Shown one piece after another: positions 9,221-20,206 of a stretch of DNA of 63,031 bases. Made by a program: the position numbers and the translations under genes. Each line of letters starts with the position of its first letter. Positions within the stretch are counted from its first letter, which is position 1. Source of the stretch: an uncultured Nitratifractor sp. (lineage in GTDB: Bacteria > Campylobacterota > Campylobacteria > Campylobacterales > Sulfurovaceae); contig CAZFCZ010000027.1 in the NCBI GenBank assembly GCA_964517485.1, positions 1 to 63,031 of the forward strand. The letters run 5' to 3'. Below the pieces are notes generated by a model. It did not search any database. It was not told where the DNA came from and worked only from the letters and a program-made list of their open reading frames with translations.

Positions 9221-10486
9221 TTACTCCAACTCTTGCGCAAAATTTAATATATCAAACGATAGATCAATTTTTGGTTTTAGTGGTATATCTTTTTGTGTAT
9301 CTTTGCTTATACATGTAACTCTATTTTGGCTACTGCCAAAGTTGTTCTCTTTTTCTAAAATATTTAAGCATACACCATTTAAATCTTTTCTTGTTAGCAT
9401 ACTCTTTGCGCTATCTAGGGCACTTTGCTTATCTTTTTCGGCTTTAAAACCAATAGATACTATGCCATCTTTATTAAGAGTTTTAAGAATATCTACATTC
9501 TCTACTAGCTCTAGGCTCCACTCGCTTCCAACTTGCGCTTTTTTTAGTTTGCCATCTTGTGGATATTTAACTCTATAATCTGCAACTGCAGCAGCCATAA
9601 ATAGATACGGTTTTTTCTGAATAACTCTTGCGCCTTCACTACTATTTAAGCTTGCTTTGCTCATTTTACCCTTTTTGGCTACTCTTATTGCATCTACTGT
9701 GTACTCTAGCATCTCGTTAGCATCTTCTACATCTAGTGTGTAGATATCTTTTGGCATAGTGTTATCTCTTTTTGTTGTAATTAAACATACATCAGCACCT
9801 TTTAAATAGAGTGCAAGCGATAGTGCATTTGCCATTTTGCCACTAGAGTGGTTACCTATAAACCTAACGCTATCTATAGCTTCTCTTGTTCCGCCACCTG
9901 TTACTACAACTCTTCTATCTTGCCAGAAGCTATCTTTTAGTAGCTCTTTTGCAGTTGCGTAGTAGATATCTAAAGGCTCTGCTAGTGCTCCGTTGCCTTC
10001 GTCGCCACATGCTAGAGTTTTAGTTACTGGAGTTACTATCTCTATATCGTTAACTGCAAGCATCTTTATAGAGCCCTCAGTGTAGTGGTTTTTTAGCATT
10101 TGTGTATTTGCAGCTGGGGCAATAACTAAGTTCTTATTAAAAGCTAGTGCACACTGAGTTACTATACCATCTGCTACACCTTTTGCAATTTTATTAATTG
10201 TGTTTGCTGTTGCTGGTGCTATTACAAAAGCGTCGCTTCTTTGTGGATAGTCTATATGGTTTAAGTTGCTAGCCCAATCTTCGTTTGTATCTGTTAAAAC
10301 TTTTTGCCTAGTTAGTGCCTCGAAAGTTAAAGGTGATACAAATTTAGTAGCAGCTTGGCTCATAACCACTTGCACAGTTGCGTTGCTTTTTATAAATAGT
10401 CTTACAAGTTCGCAAGCTTTATATGCAGCTATAGAGCCTGTTACTCCTACTAGAATCTTTTTGCCTCTTAAATCAACTAAGTTCAT
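9221..10486 (-). CDS. coaBC: bifunctional phosphopantothenoylcysteine decarboxylase/synthetase CoaBC
   Basis: I prefer the ATG at 10486 (MNLVDLRGKKILVGVTGSIAAYK), 1 nt after the glmU stop. The ORF-track start at 10522 would overlap glmU. Flavoprotein N-domain plus CoaB motif GNHSSGKM. Confidence 0.9.
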   Translation of the reverse strand: MNLVDLRGKKILVGVTGSIAAYKACELVRLFIKSNATVQVVMSQAATKFVSPLTFEALTRQKVLTDTNEDWASNLNHIDYPQRSDAFVIAPATANTINKIAKGVADGIVTQCALAFNKNLVIAPAANTQMLKNHYTEGSIKMLAVNDIEIVTPVTKTLACGDEGNGALAEPLDIYYATAKELLKDSFWQDRRVVVTGGGTREAIDSVRFIGNHSSGKMANALSLALYLKGADVCLITTKRDNTMPKDIYTLDVEDANEMLEYTVDAIRVAKKGKMSKASLNSSEGARVIQKKPYLFMAAAVADYRVKYPQDGKLKKAQVGSEWSLELVENVDILKTLNKDGIVSIGFKAEKDKQSALDSAKSMLTRKDLNGVCLNILEKENNFGSSQNRVTCISKDTQKDIPLKPKIDLSFDILNFAQELE

Positions 10487-10487
10487 A

Positions 10488-11780
10488 TTAACTCTTTTTA
10501 AAAAATTTGTTAAAGAAGCCATTTATTACTTTTTGCTTGGCTCTACTAATTGCTAGTGCTCCAGTTGGAACATCAGATGTAATTGTACTTCCTGCTGCTA
10601 TCATTGTATTGTCTTCTATAGTAACTGGTGCTACAAGTTGGCTGTCGCTTCCTACAAATACATTTTTACCAATGTTAGTGCTATACTTTGCCTTGCCATC
10701 GTAGTTGCATGTAATTACACCAGCACCAATGTTTGTACCACTTTGTATATTGCTATCACCCATATAGCTTAAATGCCCAGCTTTTACGCCATTTAGGGTA
10801 GATTTTTTAACCTCTACAAAGTTACCAATGTGTGTATTAGTAATATTAGATTTTGGTCTTATGTGTGCTAGTGGACCAATATCGCTATTTGTAATTATAG
10901 ACTCTTCTATAACGCTGTAAGATTTAATGTGCGAGTTATTAATTTCGCACTCACCCTCTACAATAACGCCACTCTCTAGCGTACACTCTCCACTAAATTT
11001 TGCGCGTGAGTCTATATATATACTGCTAGGGTTGCGCATAGTTATACCACTTTCCATAAGCTCTTGTTTAATTCTATCTTGCATAAAGTCTTCGGCAATA
11101 CTTAGGTGATATTTAGAGTTAACACCCATAAACTCATCTTCGTTTACTACAATTGGTTTTATTGCTCTATTGCTATCTACTGCCATCTTAATTGTGTCTG
11201 TTAGGTAGTACTCTTTTTGTGCATTATTATCATCTATTTTTGGAATTAGGCTATTTAGTAACTCTGCACTAAAACAGTATACACCTGCATTTACGCTTTT
11301 TATTGCCTTTTGCTCTGCATTGCAATCTTTTTGTTCTACAATCTCTTGAACTAAGTTATTTTTTATTACTACTCTACCATATCCTGTTGGGTCTTCTAGC
11401 TCTAGAATTGTCATTGCAATATCTGCATCTATAGATGTGATATTCTCTAGCGTTTGGCTCTTAACTAGTGGCATATCGCCATTTAGAACTAATACCTTAT
11501 TGCTCTTAAACTCTAATCCCTTTAGTGCCCCACCAGTTCCTGGGTAGTTTTGTAAATCTTGCTTTACTATGTTTATGTCTGAATATGAGCTTTCTATTTG
11601 CTCTTTAACTAAATCGAATTTATGACTTAAAATAACTGTAATATCGCTAGTTAGTTTTAAAGACTCGTCTAAAATATGAAAAAGCATAGGCTTTCCAGAG
11701 ATTGAGTGTAAAACTTTTGGTAGGCTAGACTTCATTCTAGTGCCTTTACCAGCGGCTAATATAACAATAGATAGAGACAT
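10488..11780 (-). CDS. glmU: bifunctional UDP-GlcNAc pyrophosphorylase / GlcN-1-P acetyltransferase GlmU
   Basis: 430 aa. N-terminal LAAGKGTRM nucleotidyltransferase motif and a C-terminal left-handed beta-helix of hexapeptide repeats. Confidence 0.95.
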   Translation of the reverse strand: MSLSIVILAAGKGTRMKSSLPKVLHSISGKPMLFHILDESLKLTSDITVILSHKFDLVKEQIESSYSDINIVKQDLQNYPGTGGALKGLEFKSNKVLVLNGDMPLVKSQTLENITSIDADIAMTILELEDPTGYGRVVIKNNLVQEIVEQKDCNAEQKAIKSVNAGVYCFSAELLNSLIPKIDDNNAQKEYYLTDTIKMAVDSNRAIKPIVVNEDEFMGVNSKYHLSIAEDFMQDRIKQELMESGITMRNPSSIYIDSRAKFSGECTLESGVIVEGECEINNSHIKSYSVIEESIITNSDIGPLAHIRPKSNITNTHIGNFVEVKKSTLNGVKAGHLSYMGDSNIQSGTNIGAGVITCNYDGKAKYSTNIGKNVFVGSDSQLVAPVTIEDNTMIAAGSTITSDVPTGALAISRAKQKVINGFFNKFFKKS

Positions 11781-11833
11781 TTATAATCCTTTGGGTAAAA
11801 TACTAATATAATTATATCAAAATAGGATAATAA

Positions 11834-12943
11834 GTGAATTGTAAACATTTTAGTAAGTGTGGTTCTTGTAGTCTGTTTGATGTTGAGTATAACGATGCAC
11901 TAGCACTTAAACACAATAACTTAAAAGAGCTACTTTTACCATTTTTTAGCGAAAAAATAGATATATTTAGCTCGCCAGAGGCAAACCATAGAGCTAGAGC
12001 AGAGTTTAAAATATGGCATATAGGCGATGAGTGTTCGTACGCTATGACAAATATAGATAAAAATGGTATAGAGCTACTACAAGAGTGCCCAAAAGTAATT
12101 AAACCAATAGAAGATATCTATTTAGAGCTACTTAAAGAGATAAATAGCAACGATACATTAAAAAGAAAGCTCTTCTCTATAGAGTTTTTAGCAACATTAA
12201 ATGGAGAAGTGCTAGTAACTCTAATTTACCATAGGCAACTAGACGACAACTGGCAAGAGCAAGCAGTTCTTTTGCAAAATAAATTTAATATACTTATAAT
12301 TGGAAGAGCTAGAAAGCAAAAGATAGTATTAGATAAAGAGTATGTAGTATCTAAGCTAAAAGTAGAAGATAAAGAGTATAGCTTTAAGTACTACGAAGGT
12401 GGCTTTACACAACCAAACCCATATATTAATAAGCATATGGTAGAGTGGGCAATAGGAAATATTAAAGATAACGGCGGAGACTTTTTAGAGGCATATTGCG
12501 GTTTAGGTAACTTTACTTTGCCAATTAGCAGATACTTTAATAGGGTACTTGCTACCGAGATAAGCTCTAACTCTATTAAGGCAGCTAAAGAGAACTGTGT
12601 GCTAAATAGCGTAGAAAATATAGAGTTTGTTAGGCTAAATGCTACAGAGACAGCGCAAGCACTAAATAAAGAGCGAGAGTTTAGAAGACTAAAGGGTATA
12701 GATTTAGATAGTTATAACTTTACTACAATGCTAGTAGACCCACCACGAGCTGGTTTAGATGAGCACTCTTTAAAGCTTGCACAAAAGTTTGATAATATTG
12801 TATATATATCGTGTAACCCTAATACCCAAGTAAGAGATTTAGAAGAGTTAACTAAAACACATAAAGTTGTAAAAGCAGCACTGTTTGACCAATTTCCATA
12901 CACAAACCACATAGAGAGTGGTGTATACTTAAAGAGGATATAA
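11834..12943 (+). CDS. trmA: tRNA (uracil54-C5)-methyltransferase TrmA
   Basis: 369 aa with a GTG start. SAM-MTase motifs LEAYCGLGNFTLP, LVDPPRAGLD, YISCNP. Confidence 0.85.
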   Translation: MNCKHFSKCGSCSLFDVEYNDALALKHNNLKELLLPFFSEKIDIFSSPEANHRARAEFKIWHIGDECSYAMTNIDKNGIELLQECPKVIKPIEDIYLELLKEINSNDTLKRKLFSIEFLATLNGEVLVTLIYHRQLDDNWQEQAVLLQNKFNILIIGRARKQKIVLDKEYVVSKLKVEDKEYSFKYYEGGFTQPNPYINKHMVEWAIGNIKDNGGDFLEAYCGLGNFTLPISRYFNRVLATEISSNSIKAAKENCVLNSVENIEFVRLNATETAQALNKEREFRRLKGIDLDSYNFTTMLVDPPRAGLDEHSLKLAQKFDNIVYISCNPNTQVRDLEELTKTHKVVKAALFDQFPYTNHIESGVYLKRI

Positions 12944-14022
12944 TGAGCACTAACTGGATACCACCACTAAGACACACAAACGATTTTGTTTTTACACCAA
13001 GCCCTAGAGACTTTAGTGTAGAAGAGGTTCCTCTATACGAGTTTGCGGGAGAGGGCGAACACTTAGTGCTAAAGGTTAGAAAAAAGAACCTAACTACATG
13101 GGAGATGCTAAATATACTTAGTGCTCATATAGGAGTATCTAAAAGAGAGCTAGGCTACGCGGGTCTAAAAGATAAGCATGCAATTACTATACAGTATATA
13201 TCTTTGCCTAAAAAATATAAAGAGAGCCTAGAGAGCTTTGAACATAGCGATATTAAGATTTTAGAAGAGTTTGTACATAATAATAAAATAAGAGTAGGGC
13301 ACCTTAAGGGCAATAAGTTTTGGCTTAGGTTTAAAAAGGTTTATGGCGCAAACTTAGATAAGATAGAGTCTGTAGTAAAGTGGGTAAAAACTAATGGTAT
13401 GCCAAACTACTTTGGGCATCAGCGTTTTGGCATAAAGGGCGATAACTATCTAGAAGGCAAAGCGTTAGTAGAGGGTAAACTAAAAGTTAGAGATAAAAAG
13501 AAAAGAGAGTTTCTAATAAGTGCTTATCAGAGTTATCTATTTAATAATTGGTTAGCAAAAAGAGTCAAGCTTAGTATGCTAATGCAAGATTTTAGTAACA
13601 AAGAGGTAGAAGATATTTTAAAGCTACAAAGCAATACACTAAAAGGCGTAAAAGAGCAAAAGCAGTTTTTTAAGCTACTTGAGGGCGACTTATATATGCA
13701 CTACCCATATGGCAGGGTATTTTACGAAGAGCTAGATGTTGCTACTAACAGATTTGCTAAAAAAGATATATCGCCAACTGGGCTAGTAGCTGGTAAAAAG
13801 GTAAAAAGAGCGCAAGATGTTGCATATAGCGCATTTGAAAGTAGCATAGATTGCGAAATAAGAGAGAGCGGAAGCCGAAGATACGCATGGATTTTCCCAG
13901 AAATTTTAGATAAAAGATATATAGAAGATAAGGCTTGGTATGAGCTATCTTTTTATTTGCCAAAGGGCTCATACGCTACTGTATTTGTAGATACGCTTAA
14001 AGGTAATGTGGTTGGAGAGTAA
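12943..14022 (+). CDS. truD: tRNA pseudouridine(13) synthase TruD
   Basis: 359 aa with TAATG overlap to trmA. Motifs AGLKDKHAITIQ (catalytic Asp) and NYFGHQRFG. Confidence 0.85.
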   Translation: MSTNWIPPLRHTNDFVFTPSPRDFSVEEVPLYEFAGEGEHLVLKVRKKNLTTWEMLNILSAHIGVSKRELGYAGLKDKHAITIQYISLPKKYKESLESFEHSDIKILEEFVHNNKIRVGHLKGNKFWLRFKKVYGANLDKIESVVKWVKTNGMPNYFGHQRFGIKGDNYLEGKALVEGKLKVRDKKKREFLISAYQSYLFNNWLAKRVKLSMLMQDFSNKEVEDILKLQSNTLKGVKEQKQFFKLLEGDLYMHYPYGRVFYEELDVATNRFAKKDISPTGLVAGKKVKRAQDVAYSAFESSIDCEIRESGSRRYAWIFPEILDKRYIEDKAWYELSFYLPKGSYATVFVDTLKGNVVGE

Positions 14023-14635
14023 CTTAGATAAATTAATAATATGCAGCAAATGCTCAACTTTGCAAAATAGAGTTAAATTGCCAAAAGGCGCAGTTGCAAG
14101 GTGCAACGAGTGTAATGCAATACTTTATCGTAATGTAAATGGTGCTTTTAGTAAGGGTGTAGCATTTTCTATTACATCTTTAATTTTATATATTATTGCT
14201 CTGCTTTTTCCTATTATTAATGTAACAATTGCTGGTGTTAAGAGTTCATTAACTATACCTGGCATGATATACTCTTTATTTAGCGAAGATTTTATAGTTG
14301 TTGGCTCTATTGTTATTGTAGTACTTGTTATTGCGCCCTTAAGTGTGATACTTTCTTATTTGTTACTTGCTGTTATAATTAAGTTAAAAAGGTATAAAAA
14401 TTTAGCAAGGCATATTATATCTTTTTTAATAGTTAGTAGAGACTGGGAGATGATAGACATATTTGCAGTAAGTATATTAGTAGCACTAGTTAAGCTGTTT
14501 GGATATGCTGAGGTAGAGTTTGGGGTTTCGGCTATTGCATTAGCACTATTTGTTATAGTAGATATTTTTGTGCTTAAAAATATAAAAGCAACAGAGCTAT
14601 GGACACACTTTGTAAGGGAGTATAGTGAAAAGTAG
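14006..14635 (+). CDS. pqiA: paraquat-inducible protein A family, first half-size gene
   Basis: 209 aa. N-terminal CxxC...CxxC (CSKC...CNEC) followed by 4 TM segments, which is one PqiA repeat unit. Confidence 0.75.
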   Translation: MWLESNLDKLIICSKCSTLQNRVKLPKGAVARCNECNAILYRNVNGAFSKGVAFSITSLILYIIALLFPIINVTIAGVKSSLTIPGMIYSLFSEDFIVVGSIVIVVLVIAPLSVILSYLLLAVIIKLKRYKNLARHIISFLIVSRDWEMIDIFAVSILVALVKLFGYAEVEFGVSAIALALFVIVDIFVLKNIKATELWTHFVREYSEK

Positions 14636-15224
14636 TAAATATATTAGTTGCAAATTTTGTGGTAGTGTTAACTACAAAAGCGATAGCACACTATATTGTA
14701 GAACTTGTAAAAATAGAATAGGAGACAAAGAGAGTGTTAGCTTTTCTACAGCTTGGGCACTACTACTAACTGCTATGATATTTTATATAATTGCTAATTT
14801 ATACCCCATATTAGAGATAACCAAATTTACCCATACAACAGGTAGCACGATACTTGGTGGTGTAATAGAGTTATGGGAAGAAGGCTCATACCCAATAGCA
14901 ATTATTATATTTACAGCATCTATATTTGTTCCTATACTGAAGTTTATTTTGATACTATATATATTAATAAATTACAAAAAACCAAGTCGTGGAAGTAAAA
15001 AGATAGATCAAGCTAAGCTTTATCATATTACGGAAGTTATTGGTCCGTGGTCTATGGTAGATGTTTTTGTAGTATCTATTTTAGCAGGTGTAGTGCATTT
15101 AGGTAGTGTAAAAATTACAGCAGGTGTTGGTGCTACAGCGTTTGTGCTAATGGTGTTTTTTACAATGCTAAGTGCTATGTCTATAGATGTAAGATTAATA
15201 AAGGATAAAAAAGATGCAAATTAA
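14625..15224 (+). CDS. pqiA: paraquat-inducible protein A family, second half-size gene
   Basis: 199 aa. GTG start after GGGAG, overlapping the upstream gene by 11 nt. CKFCG...CRTC then 4 TM segments, a second PqiA repeat unit. Confidence 0.75.
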   Translation: MKSSKYISCKFCGSVNYKSDSTLYCRTCKNRIGDKESVSFSTAWALLLTAMIFYIIANLYPILEITKFTHTTGSTILGGVIELWEEGSYPIAIIIFTASIFVPILKFILILYILINYKKPSRGSKKIDQAKLYHITEVIGPWSMVDVFVVSILAGVVHLGSVKITAGVGATAFVLMVFFTMLSAMSIDVRLIKDKKDAN

Positions 15225-16860
15225 AGACCCTATTATAAAAGAGAAGAGTAGCTTTAATTTTATAACATCAATTTGGCTTGTACCTTTTATTGCTTTAATA
15301 GTTGGTGGTTGGCTAATTTATGAGCACTTTAGTAAGCTAGGTCCACTAATTAAGATAGAGTTTAGTAACAGCTCTGGCTTAGTAGCTGGGCAAAGCGTAG
15401 TAAAGTTTCGCGATGTATCTATTGGAAAAGTAACAAAAATAGAGATTAATGCTAATAAAGAGGGTGTAGTAGTTTACGCTAGGGTAAATAAAGATGTACA
15501 GCCATTTTTAAACGAAAGTACAAAATTTTGGATTGTAAAGCCAGAAGTTGGCTACTCTGGTGTAAAGGGGTTAGATACTTTACTTAGCGGAACATATGTA
15601 AATATGGTTGCTAAAAAGGGCAAAAAAGAGATTTTAGAGTATGTAGGCTTAGATAGCGAGTATATAGAGATTGGCGAAGATATATACTACGCTCTAGAGT
15701 GCTCGTTTCCAATGAGCGTAAAAAGAGGTACTCCACTTTACTATAAGGGTAAACAAGTAGGAGTAGTAGCAGCGCTAGATTTAGATCCATACTCTAAAAA
15801 TATAGTCTTAATGCTAAAAATATATAAAAAATACAACACCCTAGTAAATAGCTCTACTAAGTTTTGGATACAATCTTTAGTAGATTTAAAACTTAACAAC
15901 AATAGAATAGAGTTTAATATAGCACCCCTGCCAACACTTGTTATGAGCGGTATATCGTTTGAGACTTACTTTGATAAAAAGTACGATAGTGGCGTAAGCA
16001 AAGTATTTAAACTATATAGAAGCGTAGCAGATGCTAAAAATGTAAGGGTTGGTCTATCGGATCCACTTTTAAAGAGCTTTGTTTTTGAGTTTGAAGGTGA
16101 TGTATCTTCTATTGATCCAGATGCCGATATTATGTATAAAGGTTTTAAAGTTGGCGAGCTTAAAAAGTTAAAAATTACTTACAATAAAGTCTTAAGAAAC
16201 TTCGAAGCAAAGTGTTTAGGCGAGATTGATTTTGCAAACTTTAGTACAACAAAAAAAGATGGCTTTAACAACTTTAAAGAGCTAGCAAAAAGAGGTATTG
16301 TAGCAAAGTTAGAGAAGAGTAATTTACTATTAAATAGAGCATCTATTATTTTAAGCGAAGACAACACTACAGAGTTTAAATGGCAAAAAGATAAAGAGTA
16401 TAATAGTTATATATTTCCTACTAAAGATTTACAAAAAAGCGATCTTTTAGCTACACTTAGTGCAATTGCTAAGAAGTTACAAGCACTTAATTTAGATAAA
16501 ACAGTAGATAGTGTAAATGCAATTTTAGATAAATCTAAAGCACCAATTGCAAAACTTGATAGTGTGCTAGATAATACAAATAAGTTAATACTTAGCTCAA
16601 ATAAAACTATTAAAAGTATAGAGAAAATTGTATCGTCTAAAGATTTTAAAAATATAAGCGCTAATGTAAATAAGAGTCTTGTAGAGTTTAAAAAGACACT
16701 AAGTAGCACAAAAAGGCTACTTAATAATTATGGCTCTAATTCGCTATTTGCAGATAAGTTAGATGCAACAATAAAAGAGTTGCACAACACAACACAGCAG
16801 ACAAATAGGCTTTTACATAAGCTAAACAAAAAGCCAAACTCTTTAATTTTTGGAGACTAA
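15214..16860 (+). CDS. pqiB: MCE-domain intermembrane transport protein PqiB
   Basis: 548 aa with AAGGA RBS. N-terminal TM anchor, three MlaD/MCE-like repeats (for example GLVAGQSVVKFRDVSIGKV, YYKGKQVGVV, MYKGFKVGEL) and a long helical C-terminus. Confidence 0.8.
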   Translation: MQIKDPIIKEKSSFNFITSIWLVPFIALIVGGWLIYEHFSKLGPLIKIEFSNSSGLVAGQSVVKFRDVSIGKVTKIEINANKEGVVVYARVNKDVQPFLNESTKFWIVKPEVGYSGVKGLDTLLSGTYVNMVAKKGKKEILEYVGLDSEYIEIGEDIYYALECSFPMSVKRGTPLYYKGKQVGVVAALDLDPYSKNIVLMLKIYKKYNTLVNSSTKFWIQSLVDLKLNNNRIEFNIAPLPTLVMSGISFETYFDKKYDSGVSKVFKLYRSVADAKNVRVGLSDPLLKSFVFEFEGDVSSIDPDADIMYKGFKVGELKKLKITYNKVLRNFEAKCLGEIDFANFSTTKKDGFNNFKELAKRGIVAKLEKSNLLLNRASIILSEDNTTEFKWQKDKEYNSYIFPTKDLQKSDLLATLSAIAKKLQALNLDKTVDSVNAILDKSKAPIAKLDSVLDNTNKLILSSNKTIKSIEKIVSSKDFKNISANVNKSLVEFKKTLSSTKRLLNNYGSNSLFADKLDATIKELHNTTQQTNRLLHKLNKKPNSLIFGD

Positions 16861-16861
16861 T

Positions 16862-17401
16862 ATGAGATATTTTATATTTTTATTTTTAATAATATTTGCA
16901 GGGTGTAGTAGCAAAAATAGTGGTTATATTTTGCCCTCTACTAGTAGTGTTAATGTTGCTAGCATTACTACCCAAATAGGTGTAGAAAAGGTTGAGTTAC
17001 CAGAGTATTTAAATAGTGGAAAAATTTTACTTAAGAGTGGGCTAAAAGTTAGCGAGATAGACTCTAACTTTATTGCACCACCAAGCGAGCTTTTAACTAG
17101 TAAAACAATAAATATACTTAAAAGTAGCCTAAATAATCCAAATGTTTTACTATATCCGTGGGATATTAAGAGTCAAAAAGGATATATTGTAAAAATTAAA
17201 TTAGATAAGTTTTTATACGATAGCAGCAGTGTTGTAGTAGCTGGAAGTTACTATATAAAAAATGCAAATAAAGAGTTAATAAGTTCTAAAAATTTTACAA
17301 AAATTGCAACTTGTAGCAAAGATGTAAAAAGTATAGTTACTACACTATCTGAACTTTTTGACACTGTAGTTGTAGAAATTGCTCAAAAAATAGCTAGATA
17401 A
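16862..17401 (+). CDS. PqiC-like ABC-type transport auxiliary lipoprotein
   Basis: I prefer the ATG at 16862 (GGAG 6 nt upstream), giving MRYFIFLFLIIFAGCSS with a lipobox (FAGC). Its position directly after pqiB matches PqiC/DUF330. Confidence 0.65.
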   Translation: MRYFIFLFLIIFAGCSSKNSGYILPSTSSVNVASITTQIGVEKVELPEYLNSGKILLKSGLKVSEIDSNFIAPPSELLTSKTINILKSSLNNPNVLLYPWDIKSQKGYIVKIKLDKFLYDSSSVVVAGSYYIKNANKELISSKNFTKIATCSKDVKSIVTTLSELFDTVVVEIAQKIAR

Positions 17402-17446
17402 TAGTAATTTTTTAGTAGAATTTCAAAAAAGTAAAAAAGGTAAACA

Positions 17447-18379
17447 ATGAGTAACTATATGATTTTTTCAGGAACTGCTAATCCAGAGCTTGCACAAGAG
17501 ATATCTGAATATTTAGATGTGCCACTATCGCACGCAACTATCAACCGTTTTTCTGATGGTGAAATAAATATTCAAATTGCAGAGTCAGTTCGTGGAAAAG
17601 ATGTATATATAGTTCAGCCAACAAGTGCACCAGCAAATGCTAACTTAATGGAGCTATTAATTATGGTAGATGCACTTAAGCGCTCTTCGGCTAGATCTAT
17701 TACTGCAGTTATACCATACTATGGTTATGCAAGACAAGATAGAAAAGCAGCTCCTAGAGTTCCAATTTCGGCTAAGCTTGTAGCAGACATGATAGAAGTA
17801 GCAGGTGTAACAAGAGTTGTTACAATAGATTTACATGCATCGCAAATTCAGGGGTTCTTTAATATTCCAGTAGACAACTTATATGGTGCATCTTTATTTA
17901 TAGACTATATTAAGAGTAAAAACTTTGCAAACCCAATTATTGCTAGTCCAGATATTGGTGGTGTTGCTCGTGCTAGATATTTTGCACAGCGCTTAGGGTA
18001 CGATATGGTAATAGTAGATAAAAGACGCGAAAAAGCAAACGAAGCAGAAGTTATGAATATAATTGGTGAAGTTGATGGCAAAGATGTTATCTTAATTGAT
18101 GATATGATAGACACTGCTGGAACTATGGTTAAGGGCGCAAAAGCACTTAAGAGTAAGGGTGCAACATCTGTAATGGCTTGCTGTACACACCCAGTACTTT
18201 CTGGACCAGCATTCGATAGAATAGAAAATGGCGAAATAGATGAGCTTATTGTTTCTAATACAATTCCACTTACTCGCGAATCAAGTAAAATTAAGGTACT
18301 AAGCACTAATAAGCTTCTTGGCGAAGTAATTAGAAGAATAAACAATAACGAGAGTGTTAACTCTTTGTTTGATCTGTAG
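17447..18379 (+). CDS. prs: ribose-phosphate pyrophosphokinase
   Basis: 310 aa. Motifs [11 protein letters not shown] and DDMIDTAGT (PRPP loop). Confidence 0.95.
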   Translation: MSNYMIFSGTANPELAQEISEYLDVPLSHATINRFSDGEINIQIAESVRGKDVYIVQPTSAPANANLMELLIMVDALKRSSARSITAVIPYYGYARQDRKAAPRVPISAKLVADMIEVAGVTRVVTIDLHASQIQGFFNIPVDNLYGASLFIDYIKSKNFANPIIASPDIGGVARARYFAQRLGYDMVIVDKRREKANEAEVMNIIGEVDGKDVILIDDMIDTAGTMVKGAKALKSKGATSVMACCTHPVLSGPAFDRIENGEIDELIVSNTIPLTRESSKIKVLSTNKLLGEVIRRINNNESVNSLFDL

Positions 18380-18387
18380 GGTTTTTA

Positions 18388-20199
18388 ATGCATAAAGCAA
18401 TTCCTCAGGAAAATATTAGAAACTTCTCTATTATTGCGCATATCGACCATGGTAAGTCGACTCTTGCAGATAGAATTATACAAGAGTGTGGCGCAGTAAG
18501 CGACAGAAAAATGAGCGCGCAAGTTATGGATACTATGGATATTGAAAAAGAGCGTGGTATTACAATTAAAGCTCAAAGTGTTCGCTTAACCTACGAAAAA
18601 GATGGCGAAGTTTATATATTAAATCTAATTGACACTCCAGGCCATGTTGATTTTAGTTACGAAGTTAGCAGATCTTTAGCATCTAGTGAGGGTGCATTAC
18701 TAATTGTAGATGCCGCTCAAGGGGTAGAAGCGCAAACTATTGCAAATGTATATATAGCACTAGATAACGATTTAGAGCTTCTGCCAGTTGTTAATAAAAT
18801 AGACCTACCAAGTGCCGAGCCAGATAGAGTTTTAACCGAGGTAGAAGAGGCAATTGGGCTAGACTGTACAGAGCATAACTTAGTTTCTGCTAAAAATGGT
18901 ATTGGTATAAAAGAGCTAATAGATACAATTGTCGATAAAATTCCAGCTCCAAGAGGCGACGAAGATGCTCCAACTAAAGCACTAATTTACGATAGCTGGT
19001 TCGATAACTACTTAGGTGCACTAGCACTTGTTAGAGTATTTGATGGTAAAATACAAAAAGGGCAGATGATTAAAATAATGGGTACTAAAGAGGAGCATCA
19101 AGTTCTTGATTTAATGTACCCAAACCCAATTGCACCAATAAAGACAAAAACTATCGAGACTGGAGAAATTGGTATTGTTGTAATGGGTCTAAAAACGGTA
19201 GAAGGCCTAAAAGTTGGAGATACAATTACAGATAATAAAAACCCAACAAAAGAGCCAATTCCAGGTTTCGAGCCTGCTAAACCATTTGTATTTGCTGGTA
19301 TTTACCCAATAGAGACAGATAAATTCGAAGATTTAAGAGACGCTTTAAATAAGCTAAAGTTAAATGATGCGGCTTTAACTTTTGAGCCAGAGAGTTCGCT
19401 AGCACTAGGTAGTGGCTTTAGGGTTGGATTTTTAGGTATGCTACATATGGAAGTTGTAAAAGAGCGTCTTGAGAGAGAGTTTAATTTAGACCTAATAGCA
19501 ACAGCGCCAACAGTAATTTACGAAGTAGAGTTAACAAATGGCGAGAGAATTGTGGTTCAAAACCCAAGTGAATTGCCAGATGCTTCTAAAATAGACACTA
19601 TTTTTGAACCATATGTAAAAGCAACTATTCTTACACCTAATGAGTTTGTTGGTAATTTAATTAAACTACTAAACGAAAGACGCGGTATTCAGATAAAGAT
19701 GGACTACCTAAACGAAAATAGGGTCTTACTAGAGTACGATGTACCAATGAACGAAATTGTTATGGATTTTTACGATAAGTTAAAATCTACAACAAAAGGT
19801 TATGCAAGTTTTGACTACGAGCCAGTAGGCTTTAGAGAAGGTCAACTAGTAAAACTAGATATTAGAGTTGCAGGCGAAGTTGTAGATGCATTAAGTATTA
19901 TTGTGCCACAAGAGAAGGCTAGAACAAGAGGTTTAGCATTTGTTAATCAGTTAAAAGAGCTAATTCCACGCCAACTATTTGAAGTGGCAATTCAAGCTAG
20001 TATAGGTAATAATATTATTGCAAGAAGTAATGTTAAGTCTATGGGTAAAAATGTTACTGCTAAGTGTTATGGTGGTGATATTACAAGAAAAAGAAAGCTA
20101 CTAGAGAAGCAAAAAGCTGGTAAAAAGAGAATGAAAGCAATAGGTAAAGTACAAGTGCCACAAGAGGCATTTATGGCAGTACTAAAAATAGATAGCTAG
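18388..20199 (+). CDS. lepA: elongation factor 4 (LepA)
   Basis: 603 aa. GTPase motifs [21 protein letters not shown] and the LepA-specific basic C-terminal domain. Confidence 0.95.
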   Translation: MHKAIPQENIRNFSIIAHIDHGKSTLADRIIQECGAVSDRKMSAQVMDTMDIEKERGITIKAQSVRLTYEKDGEVYILNLIDTPGHVDFSYEVSRSLASSEGALLIVDAAQGVEAQTIANVYIALDNDLELLPVVNKIDLPSAEPDRVLTEVEEAIGLDCTEHNLVSAKNGIGIKELIDTIVDKIPAPRGDEDAPTKALIYDSWFDNYLGALALVRVFDGKIQKGQMIKIMGTKEEHQVLDLMYPNPIAPIKTKTIETGEIGIVVMGLKTVEGLKVGDTITDNKNPTKEPIPGFEPAKPFVFAGIYPIETDKFEDLRDALNKLKLNDAALTFEPESSLALGSGFRVGFLGMLHMEVVKERLEREFNLDLIATAPTVIYEVELTNGERIVVQNPSELPDASKIDTIFEPYVKATILTPNEFVGNLIKLLNERRGIQIKMDYLNENRVLLEYDVPMNEIVMDFYDKLKSTTKGYASFDYEPVGFREGQLVKLDIRVAGEVVDALSIIVPQEKARTRGLAFVNQLKELIPRQLFEVAIQASIGNNIIARSNVKSMGKNVTAKCYGGDITRKRKLLEKQKAGKKRMKAIGKVQVPQEAFMAVLKIDS

Positions 20200-20206
20200 G
20201 AGAGTT

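Noticed and set aside
17905-18345. 146 aa antisense ORF inside prs. Similar cases occur at 49668-50108 (in moeA), 57089-57544 (in the ABC ATPase and tamA), 60148-60612 and 61468-62211 (in tamB), 40667-41050 (in ruvA), 32033-32413 and 29708-30031 (in carB).
   Set aside because: All are shadow ORFs opposite well-supported genes, with S/L/I/F-rich translations and no start context. They recur because the antisense frame of these K/E/N-rich genes is depleted in stop codons.
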